Shown here in pieces: positions 25,927 to 40,477 of a stretch of DNA of 64,000 nt (position 1 is its first letter; every line of letters starts with the position of its first letter). A program made the translations under genes and the position numbers. Origin of the DNA: Eledone cirrhosa. Its lineage: Eukaryota. Below the pieces are notes generated by a model that saw nothing but the letters and a program-made list of their open reading frames with translations, was not told the DNA's origin and searched no databases. The stretch spans positions 111,476,001 to 111,540,000 of the forward strand of contig OZ024740.1 of assembly GCA_964016885.1 (NCBI GenBank), read 5' to 3'.

Positions 25927-26290
25927 CTATCGGACCCGCCTGGGCCGAGCGATGTTGACCAGCAAGACTTCGGCATCAGGCAAGCTCACTGTCTCATCTG
26001 GTGGAGTGCCAGACGGCCGTGGCTGGGCAGACGAGGGGAAGAGACAGTTTCTGCATCTCCATGCTGCGAGGGCACTGGAAGCTCGACGCGTCAAGACAAC
26101 ACAGGTGAGGTGGGGGATGCAGCCGCACCCCGAACAGTTCCGGTCCCTCTTCCGTCTGTTCGTAGTGCTGCAAGTGATGCAGATGTCGACTGGTGGAGAT
26201 GGAGGATGGGGCGTGGAGCCGAGGACTGTGGCACCAAGTGGCATCAGGGGTTGTCACCAGCCTAGGTCCTAGGCACAACTGCATGTGTGT
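25927..26290 (-). mobile_element. GC-rich fragment encoding a PHD-like finger, probably a retroelement N-terminus
   Basis: DICITCSTTNRRKRDRNCSGCGCIPHLTCVVLTRRASSALAAWRCRNC fits a C4HC3 pattern with a W before the final CxxC. Confidence 0.6.
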
Positions 26291-26688
26291 GGAAGGGAAA
26301 ATGTTGGTATGAGTGAGGCCTCATAGCTCACCTACATCAGATATGGAGGCCACAGAATACAAGATAAAAGAGAAGGGGGTGCATGGAGGGGGACACACAC
26401 GAAAGTAGAAAGTTAGCAAATAAATAAATGAATGGATGAATGTACAAAAAGAAAATAGGGGGTTGTTCCCAGCGGAATGACCCAAAGGTTGTTGTCACTA
26501 ATACTGGAGTTGGCTTCCTCTTGTTAATTTTGGTGGTAGTGATTGCTGGTAAGATGTTGGTGTATACACATATATGTTGTTGTTATTCTCACTGCCGCTG
26601 TCGTATCGTTCCTCTTGTTAATGGTAGTGGTAGTTGATACCGATACCTATTTCGGAAGCCAGTAAAGTAAAAGGAGAATAAGGTGAAT

Positions 26689-27171
<483 letters not shown>

Positions 27172-27199
27172 TATTGCAAATACCAAAACAAAAACAAAA

Positions 27200-28725
27200 A
27201 CAAGGGATCGACACTTCAAATTCATCTTATTCACTGTATACAAATGGATATTGCTAATTACTACTCCTCAATTACCTCTAATTTACTTAATAAGGCACTT
27301 ATTTATGCTTCAAAATATACGGACTTATCTAGTGAAGAAATAAATATCATTTTAACCGCACGCAAAACCCTAATTGAATTTAATAACCATCTCTGGACAA
27401 GGGCTGACAGACAGAACAATTTCAACATCACAATGGGATCATCTGACTCAGCTCAAGTAACAGACCTCGTTGGAATATTTATTCTTAATGTACTACATAG
27501 AAAAATGCCGGAGATGGCCGGAGGTTTATATCGCGGCGATATGTTACTTATAGTCGAAAACCATAGCAATAGCGAACTTAATATGAAAAAGAAATCTATC
27601 ATAGAATTTTTCCATAATTACAACCTTAAATTAGAAATTGAGAATAATAATAAAACTGTTAAACTTTAAACCGTAGCTCAGGTCTATATTACCCTTTCCA
27701 TAAGATTAATGAAAACCTAAACTACGTAAGCTTCCATTCTACCCATCCTAGAAATGTAAAACGTACTATTGTCAATAGCGTCCAGCAACGAATTTCCCTC
27801 ATTTCAACCAATAAGAATATTTTTGATAACAAGGCAGAATATTACAATGATGCGTTACATAGAGCTGGCTACACGAGTAAAATTAAATACTTAGATAATA
27901 ATAACATGCAAAATCACCCTAAAATTCACTATAATAATAATAATAATAAGCAATTTAAAATAAATAGTAAATCAAGCAAAAGAACTAGAACTAGAAATAT
28001 TATTTGGTACTCTCCCCCATTCTCGATAGACGTTAAAACACCTGTAGCAAACCTATTTTTCAAAGCAGTAGATAAGTGTTTTCCTAGATCTCATAGATAC
28101 CATTCTATTTTTAACAGACATACTATTAAGCTATCTTAATCTACTACGATGGACATGGCACAAAATATAAATAGAATTAATAATAGAAACTTAAATTTAA
28201 ACCCAAACTAAATAAACCAAGATAACAATATTAATATTACTAATAACAGTATCAATACTAATAATAATCGTACCGTTCATAGTAACAATAACTCTGGAAA
28301 ATGTAACTGTAGAGACGATTCAAATTTCCCTTTACAGAATAATTGCCTAGATAAAAACTTAGTATACAAATGCACAGTAAAAACTAGAGATAAAATATAT
28401 AACTATATTGGAGCCAACTCTACAAAATTTAAAGAACGCTGGTATAATCACAAACAAACTTTTAATAGATCCGATAAAAATTTTCTACAAAACTTTCACA
28501 TCTAATTTGGTACTTAAAAGACAATATTGACTATTCAATCTCTTGGGGAACGATTTCGAAAGCGCCCGCATACCGAAATATGGCTCTCTCAAGAATTTGT
28601 CATTTGTGTATTGAAGAAATATTTTATATACTTACCTGCCAAAACTCTATTATCAAAAAGAAAGAATTATTCAATTCTTGTAGACATCGCCAAAGAATGA
28701 CTTTCAGAAGTATCTTTAATCTATA
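27200..28725 (+). mobile_element. Penelope-like element (RT + GIY-YIG), probably Hydra clade, decayed
   Basis: MDIANYYSSIT...FNITMGSSDSAQVTDLVG...GGLYRGDMLL; RNIIWYSPPFS...FPRSHRYHSIFNRHTIKLS; CNCRDDSNFPLQNNCL, LVYKCTV...YIGANSTKFKERWYNH (~28300-28450). Confidence 0.9.
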
Positions 28726-30168
28726 AAATATATTTCACTTGATTACATTATATATGTCTTCACTATGTTTTTGTCGAGATTTTGTGTTGATTTTTAAATG
28801 ATATTTTTCTTATTATCTAATATTTTTCAAATGATATTCTTTTTAATGGTTTTCAATGATATTTTGAAATATATTTTTTTTGTGATAATTTTGATAATGC
28901 TTCTAAATATACTTATGATGTCTGTAATAATATATTTTCACTATATAGAATTTAGCACATGCATTGATGTAGATAATACTATCTATATACATATATAAAA
29001 GAATTCTCATCTTTGAAAACATCTAATATAAAATACCTTATATACAAAATAATATATTAAATGTTTCTACTTATATTCCGCATATATCCTAATTGTATAT
29101 TTCTTTAAAAGTAAATTCTAGAATTAAATGACAAATGTAACATAATTATTTTAACTAAGAAGCATTGGAGTTATCTTTTCCTTTATAATGTAACATGCTT
29201 AAACATTCCATCTACGTAAAAACTAAACTTTACATAAATATTTATTTTCGTTGACTTAATAAATTTTTTGTGAATGTTTCCTATCTTGATTGAACTATCT
29301 GAATGTACAAAATAATCTTCTCAAATAAAATTTATAACAACGTCCTTTTCTTAACTATATATTGAAAATGTAAACACAAAATTCTTCGTAACCCTTAACA
29401 TATATAAAAATATTTAATTTATCTATCTAGTGAAAATAACAACATATGTACTCACCAAAAATATTTATATAAATATTTATATAAATAACCCGTCGCAATA
29501 TAATGAACTAAAATATACTTACAACCTTAAAATATACTTATAAATATTATCTATATAATATTATAACTCATGATTTGAATAGATCCAATATTGCATATCT
29601 CAATTTTGTTTTAAATTTTAAATTGGTATTTTACCACTTCAACACATTCTTAACTCTCATATTATTTTATAGATACTACCAAAATATATGATTATATAAT
29701 TAAATAATTAAATATAATTATATCACTCTCTTTACACCATTACTGATATGATCCATACAATTTTATCTTAATAATAATAGTGTATTTCTAACTATAATTT
29801 TTTCTTATAACCATTCCTTAAATTTTCTTACACAATAACATTAATATTAGCCTCTCTTTTTTCCTTTTATAAATTATCCTTATAAATTATCCTAATAATT
29901 ATTTAAATTTACCTAGCGTCTAAATATAACGATCTCTTTTCAGACTTACGTTTCAACCTCATTTACATATTCATCCTAAGAATTTGAAATTTTTCTTTTA
30001 CTATCCAAACTGAACCTGAACAGAAAAGGTCTGGTTTCTTAGGTATATCAACATTTATAAAACAAATTTTGTATTTTATCTGATGAGCGCGTACCAAAAT
30101 GTTGGTACCCTTCAAATATATATAATAAAATAAATATGGTTTTATAAATATAGTTTCCATTTATTAAT

Positions 30169-30259
<91 letters not shown>

Positions 30260-30539
30260 ATGTGTGCGTGTGTGTGTGTATGTGTGTTAGAGATAAGAAT
30301 TTTCAATATATTTCCATCTAACCTTTCAATTCATTCGTTTTTCTTTAGATTAAAGTGTTGCATAACTTATAATTCAGAGGTTTACTTATTGTTGTTGGGT
30401 GGATGACAAATCCAAGTATTTATTAAAAGAGACATTATTTCTTTCTTTGCTATTACTATGATTTTCATAATGAAAAAGTAAGTCGTTTTCATAATCACTT
30501 TTAGAGGAAATATATTTTTAGAGCCTTTTAATCATTAGG

Positions 30540-32392
30540 CACCTCATTGTCAAGCTTGATATGAGGAATGCCTTTAACTGCATACGCCGGGACCAGCTGC
30601 TCGATGCCTGCCTCAGCCGATCCCTCTCCGCCTACCCGCTGGCCTACTTGTCATATGGAGCCCCGAGCACGCTCCTTCCTGCTGATATGGTCATAACTTT
30701 GGCCGCTGGGGTCCAACAGGGCGACCCTTTGAACCCCCTCCTGTTTGCCCTTGGTATAGACAACATTGCCAAGAGTATCACAGCTCCTCTCAATCTTTGG
30801 TACCTGGATGATGCTACGCTGGGTGGGCCCGTGGAGACTGTCTGCCACGACCTTCAATCGGCGATTCCTGTCCATACGGGAATCGGCCTCCAGGTCAACT
30901 CGTCCAAGTCGGAGGTGGTGAATATCAGCGATGATGCTGAGAGCTTTGCAGCCTCCGTCTCGGACGTGCGATCCATTCTCCACCAGATACCTGTGACCCC
31001 GAAAGAGGATATCCTGATCCTCGGGTCACCGATGCACCCGCCGACCATCCGCTCCACCATCAGGTCTAGGCTCCAACAACTCCAGACACTCACGAGCCGA
31101 CTGGGCTTGATCGACGGCCACCCAGCTCTCTTCCTGTTGAAGAAATGCTTCACCATACCGAGGCTCCTCTGCACCCTTCGCAGCGCTCCGTGCATCTCTC
31201 ATCGCTGACCTCGATACTTGTATCCGAGCGGCAGCTAAGGAGATATGCAACGTCAGGTTTGACGAGACATTGGATAGCAACAAGCCACTTTCTCTGTCAG
31301 ATATTATGGGCTTGGCCTCCGGTCCCCGATGTCGCTGGCTTTGCTGGCGTTTCTTTCATCGGTAACCTTATGCCGAGTCCTCGTCAGCAGGGTTTTCCAA
31401 AACACAACAGAACCCTCTGTATTCAGGGAACTTGATGTCACCTGTGAGATGTGGGACATGCTGGGACTTATCCCGGTAGACGTCCTTCTTCCTTCTCCCC
31501 CTGCTGATGTCAAGTCTCCCCAAAGCATGCCATCCAGTGCAGCCAGTCCTCAGACAGGCTCACGCGCCAGCTCGACCACCACCGCCTTACGTGTTTTTGC
31601 CTCCAAACCCCACAGTGGTGCCTGACTCCATGCCTTGCCCTCTTTCTCCACTGGCATGCAGCTGGATAAAGATATCCTGCGCATCAACGTTTCCTTGAGG
31701 CTTGGACTCCGGATCTGCGAGCCACATAATTGTCGCTGTGGATCCACCGAGGACTCTTTCGGCCTCCACTCGCTTTTCTGTCGCCACAGTGCCGGCCCCC
31801 TTCCACGCCATGCTGCCCTCAACGAGGTCATTAAGCATGGATTGGAGGCTGCAGGCTTCCCCTCCCAGCTTGAGGCTGTGGGGCTGGACCTCAGGGGATG
31901 GCAAAAGGTCAGACGGTATGACCAACTTCCCGTTCCGCAGTGGCAACCCCTCCTCTGGTATGCCACTTCCAGCGACACTTTCTCCAGCCACAACCTGGTG
32001 CAGTCTGCGACTAACCCAGGTACTGCTGCATGTCGGGCTGAGGAGGACAAACTCTCCAAGTATCGGTCGCTCTCCCACAGGTTCGCGGCCATGCCCTTGG
32101 CAGTGGAAACTTCTGGTATCCTTGGCCCTAGGGCTACCTCCCTATTCACCACCTTAGGCGCTGAGCTGGCCAGCCGCAGGTGTGAGCCTCGCGAGTTGGA
32201 ATTGCTCTTCCAGTGCTTCTCTCTTACCATCCTCCTGGGAAACGCCTTCTCTATCCTATCCGCCGGGTCTGTGGGGAGGCCAGCACGCGGGACCCCATTT
32301 GCTCACCATACGGATTAATAGGCAAAGTTATAAACTATTGTAAATAAACCTATTTAATACTTAAAAACAAATAAAAATAAACAAATAAACAA
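30540..32392 (+). mobile_element. 5'-truncated CRE-clade non-LTR retrotransposon
   Basis: RT KLDMRNAFN, GVQQGDPLNPLLF, WYLDDATLGG; LRLGL..C...CRCG...GLHSLFC...RH; RLE GDGKRSDGMT...PLAVETSG; A-rich tail ~32360-32392. Confidence 0.88.
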
Positions 32393-33459
32393 GGATTAAG
32401 TTAGTTTTTCAATTGAAAAACAGTTCTTTGACAAAGGAAACAAGTGAATTAATATGTTCCCTGTTTGTTTCTTTCATAGATCACAGAATCATTCATTAGT
32501 ACTGTATAAATTGGCATATATTATTGAATTGACAGAAAATATATCTCACAGCCATGCAATGAAGAACTTTTACAATATCCTTAATAAATTTATGGGAATG
32601 AAAAATCAACAATATCTCCATAAGATTATATATATTAAATTTCGAAAGTAATTCATAGCTTTATTGTTGAAAATAATATTTCACCTGATACAATATCACT
32701 TTATGCAGTAACATGGGAGCTTAACTTCAGTTTTGCAAAATATTTCCTTTAAAATCTTAAGGAATTTGCATGATTGTCCCCTCACAAGCAAATAATGGTA
32801 TCATGGTTTTTAGTTACCGTTATCCTCTCTTAACATTCCTCCATGTAAATTTATAAACGGGTTTTTTATAGTAATATTTACAAAGTTAAATCATGTTAGT
32901 TATCTAGACAAATCATTGAGAATATTTAGCTAAAACACCCCAGACACCATACAATGTATAGTTAAATGTAAAAATTTGACATTCAACATTTGAAATGTTT
33001 ACCTATGAATAAAAAAATTAAATATAATAAAGAAGGTATTTTGAAAAAAAATCCTTAATAAAATAGAAAAAAGAAAATTGTTAGTGGTTGTAGTATAAAA
33101 TATAGGATTCAATTCCAAATGACAGACAATATTAATATCATTAAATCACAAGTTGTGATCATAAAGATGGTAATTTTGAGTAGATGAAGCCAAAGTCTTA
33201 TGAATAATAATGACTATTATATTTTGTAATATAATAGTGGTTATTATACATAAGACTTTGGCTTGTAATCATTTTTACTATAAATATTATCAAAAACTGC
33301 ATTGAAGTAACAAAAGATATATAATAAATGATGTTAATAACTATTAAAAATTATTAAGTTATTATTTAGAATAACTATTTTCAAAAATATTTCAGCACAT
33401 TACAAAGGCAGACTAGAGAAAGTTATGGCTAAATAAAATGAGAACTTTTTAAAATGTGT

Positions 33460-33702
33460 CATTTTGTAGTTCAAGTGTCATTTTCTGGTTCAGAACTGTC
33501 ATTGTTTGGTTCAGAACTGTTATTTCCTTTGATTAGAACTCTTATTTTTTTGTTTAGAAGTGTTCTTTTTTTGTTTAGAAGTGCCCTTTTTTGGTTTAGA
33601 AGTGCCCTTTTTTGGTTTAGAAGTGTCCTTTTTTGGTTTAGAAGTGCCCTTTTTTTGTTTAGAAGTGTACTTTTTTGGTTTAGAAGGGTCCATTTTTGGT
33701 TT
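33460..33702 (-). repeat. 21-bp coding minisatellite (TSKPKKG-like heptads) in the CTL C-terminus
   Basis: Repeats of gtttagaagtgcccttttttg, grading into agttctgaaccaaacaatgac-type units. Confidence 0.9.
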
Positions 33703-35745
33703 CACTACTTTTGTTTTGCCTAAAAGTATCATAAGCCGCTTATTCATAAAATATGGCTTTTCAGGTGAGCCATCATTTGTTTTAAGATCTTCCAAGACAG
33801 TGTATCTACTGCCATGTCATACACATCGAAGAAGAGCGACGCTATGAAGTAGGTACCAATAACAATTATTATCATTGGAACCAGATGAAAGTTGAGCTGT
33901 ATAACATCAATATATTCTTTTATTCTATTATTATATTTTTGATAAAATATGAAATAAGAGAAAAAGACAGCAGCACACACAATCATAAGTTGATTCATTA
34001 GAAGAACAAAGCTGGTTGAGTTGTTAACGATGACAGTCCTAAAAATATTATGCACTAACAATGAGAAGGCGTCTTTGGCAGAGGTATAAAAGTTTTTGCC
34101 ATGAACAGCAATCATTATGTAAGCATTCTTGTTCATGAATTTCAAGAATACTTCAAAACACCAGAAGCAGCATTTCATACATTTCAGCACATATTTAGCA
34201 AATGGATTTTCAACATTCTCTAGTTTGCGCCCAAGAAAATCCAAAAATATTCGAATCATCTTAACAAGAGCAATAATCAGGGAACCATACGCCAAGGAAC
34301 CTAAATGATATCGTAAACATCTCCAAAATGCCTTTAAGAGAGGGAAGCTCGGAATGTCTTCAGGTTTGTCAAAAGCCCAATAATAAGAAGCAAATGCTCC
34401 AGCCAAAGTTAGTTGAGCCATTGCAGATACGAAATTCCTTAACCAGAAGAACATAAAAAAGGCATAGAATTGAAGATAAATTGTGTATGACTCCATACTT
34501 TTCATGAAATAACAGATATTAATTTGTTTGGTTGTTGTATTTTTGCACAATCCAAGTGTTTCCATAGTATTTTCAATATGATCGCTGGTAGAATTCAAGT
34601 TAAGCTCGACTGATTTGTAAATGCTATAAAGATGAATTGTTATTGCAAGCCACAAGTAGATAATACCAGTTTGTAAGATGAACGGAATAATTGGCCATAT
34701 CAATGTAGACTTAATATGGCCAACAGCTCTGCTTCCTTCTTTGATCAATTCTATTGCAATCTTAATACGAGACATGAGTATCAGAAATATAAATAGGAAA
34801 ATAGTAAATATAATTCCAGTAATGATACATATCCATAAATACAATATTGCTTTGTTAAATGTATACGGAAGTGGATTCAATACAAAAGTGATGCTCTCAC
34901 CAGATTCCTTCGCAATCGTATACTTCCAAAGAGACAGTCCACAACCCATAGCAAGTAAGCCCAAGAAAGTAATCATCCCGTACCATATTATCACACCTGC
35001 CACCCATCGCATTATAATTATCAACACTTGGCAAGCACATGTTGCAATAAGCAAACAAATTAAGATTATCCACCAGGACACCAAAATATCACTTATTAGT
35101 TGTTCTGCATAAGCCTTGGTTTTAAGTATACCCTCGATATTAATTGCTGCTCTTCTCAGCTCATCGTTTTTCACGGTTTTAATTTGAATGTTGCTACCAA
35201 TTTCAATAATATCAGGAACACATCTCTTTATGATTTCTATGGACTTAACTATATATTGGGGCAATCATTTATACCTTGTTCTGTGCAATATTGTTCTGGG
35301 GAAGATTGTGTTTCCGTAGGACACTGTTTAACACAAATCTGTGGTGTGAGACATCCGATTAGAAAGCTGAGAGGGGAATACATCGTGTGATATCTGAGAA
35401 AAAAAGATTAGTTTTATTCTTCATGATACCATATCCACATAAATTATTCTCAGAATCCATAGGGTAAAGTAGAAGAGTGTAGTTTCCTTTGACAAAGGCA
35501 AAAATGGCAACACCAGCAAAACCCAAAAGAAAGAGGAAGAACATCAGGCAGAATATGATGTCGGTACATGACCTGTCTGTGACAGGTCCTGGAAGCGGTA
35601 ACTCAGATTCATCAAATTCATCAAATTCATCAAACTCATCAAACTCATCAAATTCATCGAACGATTCCTCTTCTTCGTCACTTGGTTCTTCACTGTTATC
35701 AAGGTCATCAAGCGGTTCCTCTTCTTCGTCATTTATAGTTGCCAT
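33470..35745 (-). pseudogene. Intronless choline transporter-like protein (SLC44/CTL, CTL2/4-like) retrocopy with frameshifts
   Basis: Family motifs RSCTDIIFC, YPMDSENNLCG, CLTPQICVKQCP, LAGAFASYYWAFDKPEDIP, RYHLGSLAYGSLII, CCFWCFEVFLKFMNKNAYIMIAVHGKNFYTSAKDAF, VYDMAVDTL..LED...NDGSPEKPYFM are collinear without introns. Frame breaks at ~35362, ~35260 and ~33797. Confidence 0.88.
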
Positions 35746-35859
35746 CCCATTAAGTTTATAGCTTCAAAGTTTGTATTCTATTTCGTTTTAATTACCCGAC
35801 TTAAAATGTTTTCTTTCTCCTTGTTCCAGTTTATTTTTATAGTAGTAGTAGAGGGTCGA

Positions 35860-36015
35860 ACATGCTTTCCAGCGTAGTTACGTCCTTTTACGATCTGAGT
35901 TCAAATTCCGCCGAGGTTAACTTTGCTTTTCATCCTTACGGGGTCGATAAAATAAAGTACCAGTAATTATACTGGGTAATTGCTGGCCTTGTGCCAAAAA
36001 GTAGAAACAATTATT
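35860..36015 (+). mobile_element. SINE, young deletion subfamily
   Basis: ctgagttcaaattccgccgaggttaactttgcttttcatccttacggggtcgataaaataaagtaccagt...gctggccttgtgcc...gtagaaacaattatt. Confidence 0.85.
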
Positions 36016-36184
36016 ATAGTAGTAGTAGTGGTGGTGGTGTTAGTGGTAGTGGAGGTAGTAGTAGTGGTAGTGGTATAGGTGGTGTTGTAAATGCTTAATC
36101 TAACTAAGCAACGAAAGAAGTAAAGAAGTAAAGCGATGGAAAAATCGAAAAACTAAAAACACTGAAACGCTGGACGACAACTAA

Positions 36185-36364
<180 letters not shown>

Positions 36365-36418
36365 CGTTTCTGAATTTGTTTAGCAAGATTCTTTATCTGA
36401 AATCGTGTGTTGAAACCG

Positions 36419-36600
36419 ATATTGTTATACTTTGGGAGGGTCATGTTGCCAATAAGAAACACACGCACCAGTTGCTTTCACTTCAATTTATTATATATTT
36501 ATAAATTTATAAATTTATAAATATATAATAAATTGAAGTGAAATCAACTGGTGCGTGTGTTTCTTATTGGCAACATGACCCTCCCAAAGTATAACAATAT
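36419..36600. repeat. 182-bp near-perfect spacerless palindrome in (TA)n context
   Basis: Centre at 36509/36510. The arm start attgttatactttgggagggtcat is related to 8041-8064 and 61246-61262. Confidence 0.93.
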
Positions 36601-37388
36601 ATATATATATCAAACGCGAAACAGGACTCTAGATTTTTATTATGCATGCATTAGAACTGCTCGGCGTGCTAAATGACGTAATTGCATCGCGTTTACTCTG
36701 TTTGCGATATCATTCAAGTAGCACCTTTCTGTCTTTCTCTACCTGAATGCAATATTTGCCTGTCAATTTTTTTAAAAATATTTATTTCTATTTCCACGGA
36801 TGGTTATATGTCTCAGTTTCAGATCCCATAAAAGGCTGAATGCAGAAATTCTTTCTTGAATTTTTAATTTGTGCAAATATACATACCCGATATTCATAAT
36901 ACTCAGCAAAAGGCGGGGTGTATATAATACAATCAATCACAAGTAAACTATACACCTATTCGCTCTTAGTATTATTCTGAAATGTAAATTATCTTCTGAT
37001 GAGGAGTCAATAAAATCCAAAAATCGATGAAAGATGTTTATCATTTGTACAGTTTACTAGCAAATTCGTATTTTCTGGCATGTTTTCATGCCTACATAAT
37101 ATTTATGTGAATATATTTATACACATTGGTGCAATCTTGGTTACAAACTCTGTATTTATGCAGATATAACTTTATTATGCACTTCGGCTGTTAGCGCACC
37201 TATTACTATATATCTTAATAACAATTCCAATGAGAGAGCTAATTAGATTCAGATTAGTAAGTCCATTTTATCTTTTTAGAATAATATTAAGAGTGGATAG
37301 GTCTATATGCTCAACAAATACATGTTTCCTAAAATATACACCGTTCAAACATACATACTCGTACATACACACATCTACATATCTAAAC

Positions 37389-37479
<91 letters not shown>

Positions 37480-37730
37480 ATATATATATGCATCTTATCT
37501 ACAGACGAACTTCAGTAACGCATCTGCCCAACATCCTACATCCCGGACTACATACCAGCCCTCCTCGTCCTCCTATATCTCCTAACTTTACTCTTTCTAG
37601 ATAAAGGACTAATGTCCGATACGTTGAGACATTCTATTTTCTTATCTAGCAAGCGTGAAACTAGTAATAATTTGTGTTATTGTATCTCAGCTTCTTTAAA
37701 ATCTTGAAATATATATATTTATATATATAT

Positions 37731-38028
37731 AAATTAATAAAAACAATGAAGAAAAACAAAGAAACAGTTCCTTATATTAAAAAGTTCATCATTTTACGAT
37801 CGTTTCTAGGATATATATGTATGTGTTTGTATGTATATCATATAGATCTATGTAAAAATTTTACAAACTATCAGAGGGGATATACATACCTATACATATA
37901 TATGCTGTCTTTAGAAATAATTATACATACCAACACACACATATATATCCTAGAAACGATCGTAAAATGATGAATTTTTTAATATAAGGAACTGTTTCTT
38001 TGTTTTTATTCATTGTTTTTATTAATTT
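37731..38028. repeat. ~96-bp inverted repeat arms (37731-37826 / 37933-38028)
   Basis: Near-perfect reverse complements that contain GAAACGATCGTA. Confidence 0.9.
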
Positions 38029-38171
38029 ATCTTGACTCTGTTTTCCTGTGATTTTCATCGAAAAATTTTTTGAATACATCTTCTCTTTTCACGATATTTG
38101 GATTACATTGAATTCTTCATACGGATTGGACACTACCGTATATTTTGGTAGATTTATCTACACACACACAC

Positions 38172-38313
<142 letters not shown>

Positions 38314-38314
38314 A

Positions 38315-38358
<44 letters not shown>

Positions 38359-38412
38359 TCTATCTATTAATGTATCTATATATGTATAGAGGTATGGACA
38401 TATATATTGAAG

Positions 38413-38461
<49 letters not shown>

Positions 38462-38695
38462 GTGTGTGTGTGTGCATATTTATATCTTCACATGTATGTC
38501 TAGACAAATGTTTACTTATGTATTTGCCTATCTTGCCATGTATACAGGGAATATAACTTGGAGACATTGAAGAATCTTGTCATGCTTCTCCTCTAAAGAA
38601 GAACAAAGTGGATGTCGAAAGATACATATAAACATAAACATACTCGAATACGCACACACACACAACCCCCCCCCCCCCCCACATATATATATATA

Positions 38696-38739
<44 letters not shown>

Positions 38740-38741
38740 TA

Positions 38742-38828
<87 letters not shown>

Positions 38829-38829
38829 A

Positions 38830-38917
<88 letters not shown>

Positions 38918-39860
38918 ATTTAGCTAGCTTGCAGTCATCTCCTCATTAAATTACTTTGCAGCGAGAGACAAATTTCGAAATTTCTCAAGCAATAAAATAC
39001 AGTTCTCACACTGTCCGTTTTTATATGTCTTGTCAATCTAATTATCTCAAATGAATTGCTTCAGAGGAAAATCATTAAAAACGTCTGAACGTCTCTCAGT
39101 AATTCTCGTCTGCTATGAAGACTGTAAATTGGGGTAGGCATAAACAACGGAGAATAGATACATTTATTTATTTTTATATTTTTTCACTTGTTCTATATTG
39201 ATAATAAACTCTAAAATCATCTTTAAATTGAAAAACACGTCCGTTTAAATTTATGTCATCAAGAATTATATTCAATGATGACACCAAGAAGCAAATATAT
39301 ATCTCGGTTTTCTTCTATCATAAAGAAACACTGTAGGATGTATTAGAAGACTAGGAGAGAGAGAAAAATCTACCAGATAATTAAATAATAGCAACAACTA
39401 TTCCATAATTAAACATTATTGTGTGTTTTGTTTGTTTTTGTCTTTGTTTAGAGTTGAACGTCCATCCATTCATATATTCGTCTACCGGTCTGCTTTAAGA
39501 AATATACACGACAGCTACGCCCCCACATCTCCTTAAGAAATGTATAAATGTCATATAATGATATCATCTTCATCACGCCAATCGCTGTTTGAATATGTGA
39601 CATATATAGTACGAAAATACGATATAAATGTATTAAGAAGGAAATTATAGCTGGCTGTGTAAGTTAGGGGTAGACTTTTGGTATTCCATAAGCACAACAG
39701 CCAGGATATTTAGCCCTTATGAGTCAACACTGTGTATCTGTGTAAACCTCACTTTATACAAGTATCTTGAGTATTAACATACCATAATGTGGAGAGAGCT
39801 TGATCAATAAATATTGCTTGTACAGGTAATCAAAGCGTGTATACATATTGGGGGGGGGGA

Positions 39861-39896
<36 letters not shown>

Positions 39897-40266
39897 TGAA
39901 CGTATATCATATTTACACACAGTTCCATGATATACTTGTAAACACAAAGAAGAGGATAACTCTAGTAGACGTGCACCCATATCATTAAACAGTAGATGTT
40001 AAAAATGTTAAAAGTAAGTCCCCCCTCCCCCCAAAAAAAACACACGTAGATATACATTTGCTGATAGAACCGTTGATACAGTTGCAACGATGCTATTAGT
40101 ACAATCAGATATGTCGTTCGTGATAAAGAAACTAAATAATTGGTCATTTTTCTAAATAACCTGTTTACATAGCCAATAACCTACATAGAGTAAACTGAGC
40201 CACTGTATAATACACACATATACTCTCTTTTACAGACATACACACACACCGCAGGCTGCCGTGTAG

Positions 40267-40301
<35 letters not shown>

Positions 40302-40477
40302 CACTATGCTTTGTGGTACTCATTTATCTTGAATTCCTCAAATATCTCTTCATGACATGATTCTCTCATTCAAATTATATTAAGCACAAGAAATGTACGA
40401 TGAATACGTATGTGTATAGTACACACGTATGTGTGTAGACTGACAAAAAATTATGTATATCCTAAACATACTGTTGT

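Noticed and set aside
31550-32230. Long antisense ORFs over CRE, RTE, Tx1 and CTL sequences
   Set aside because: Shadow frames of GC-rich or biased coding strands, with no independent motifs.
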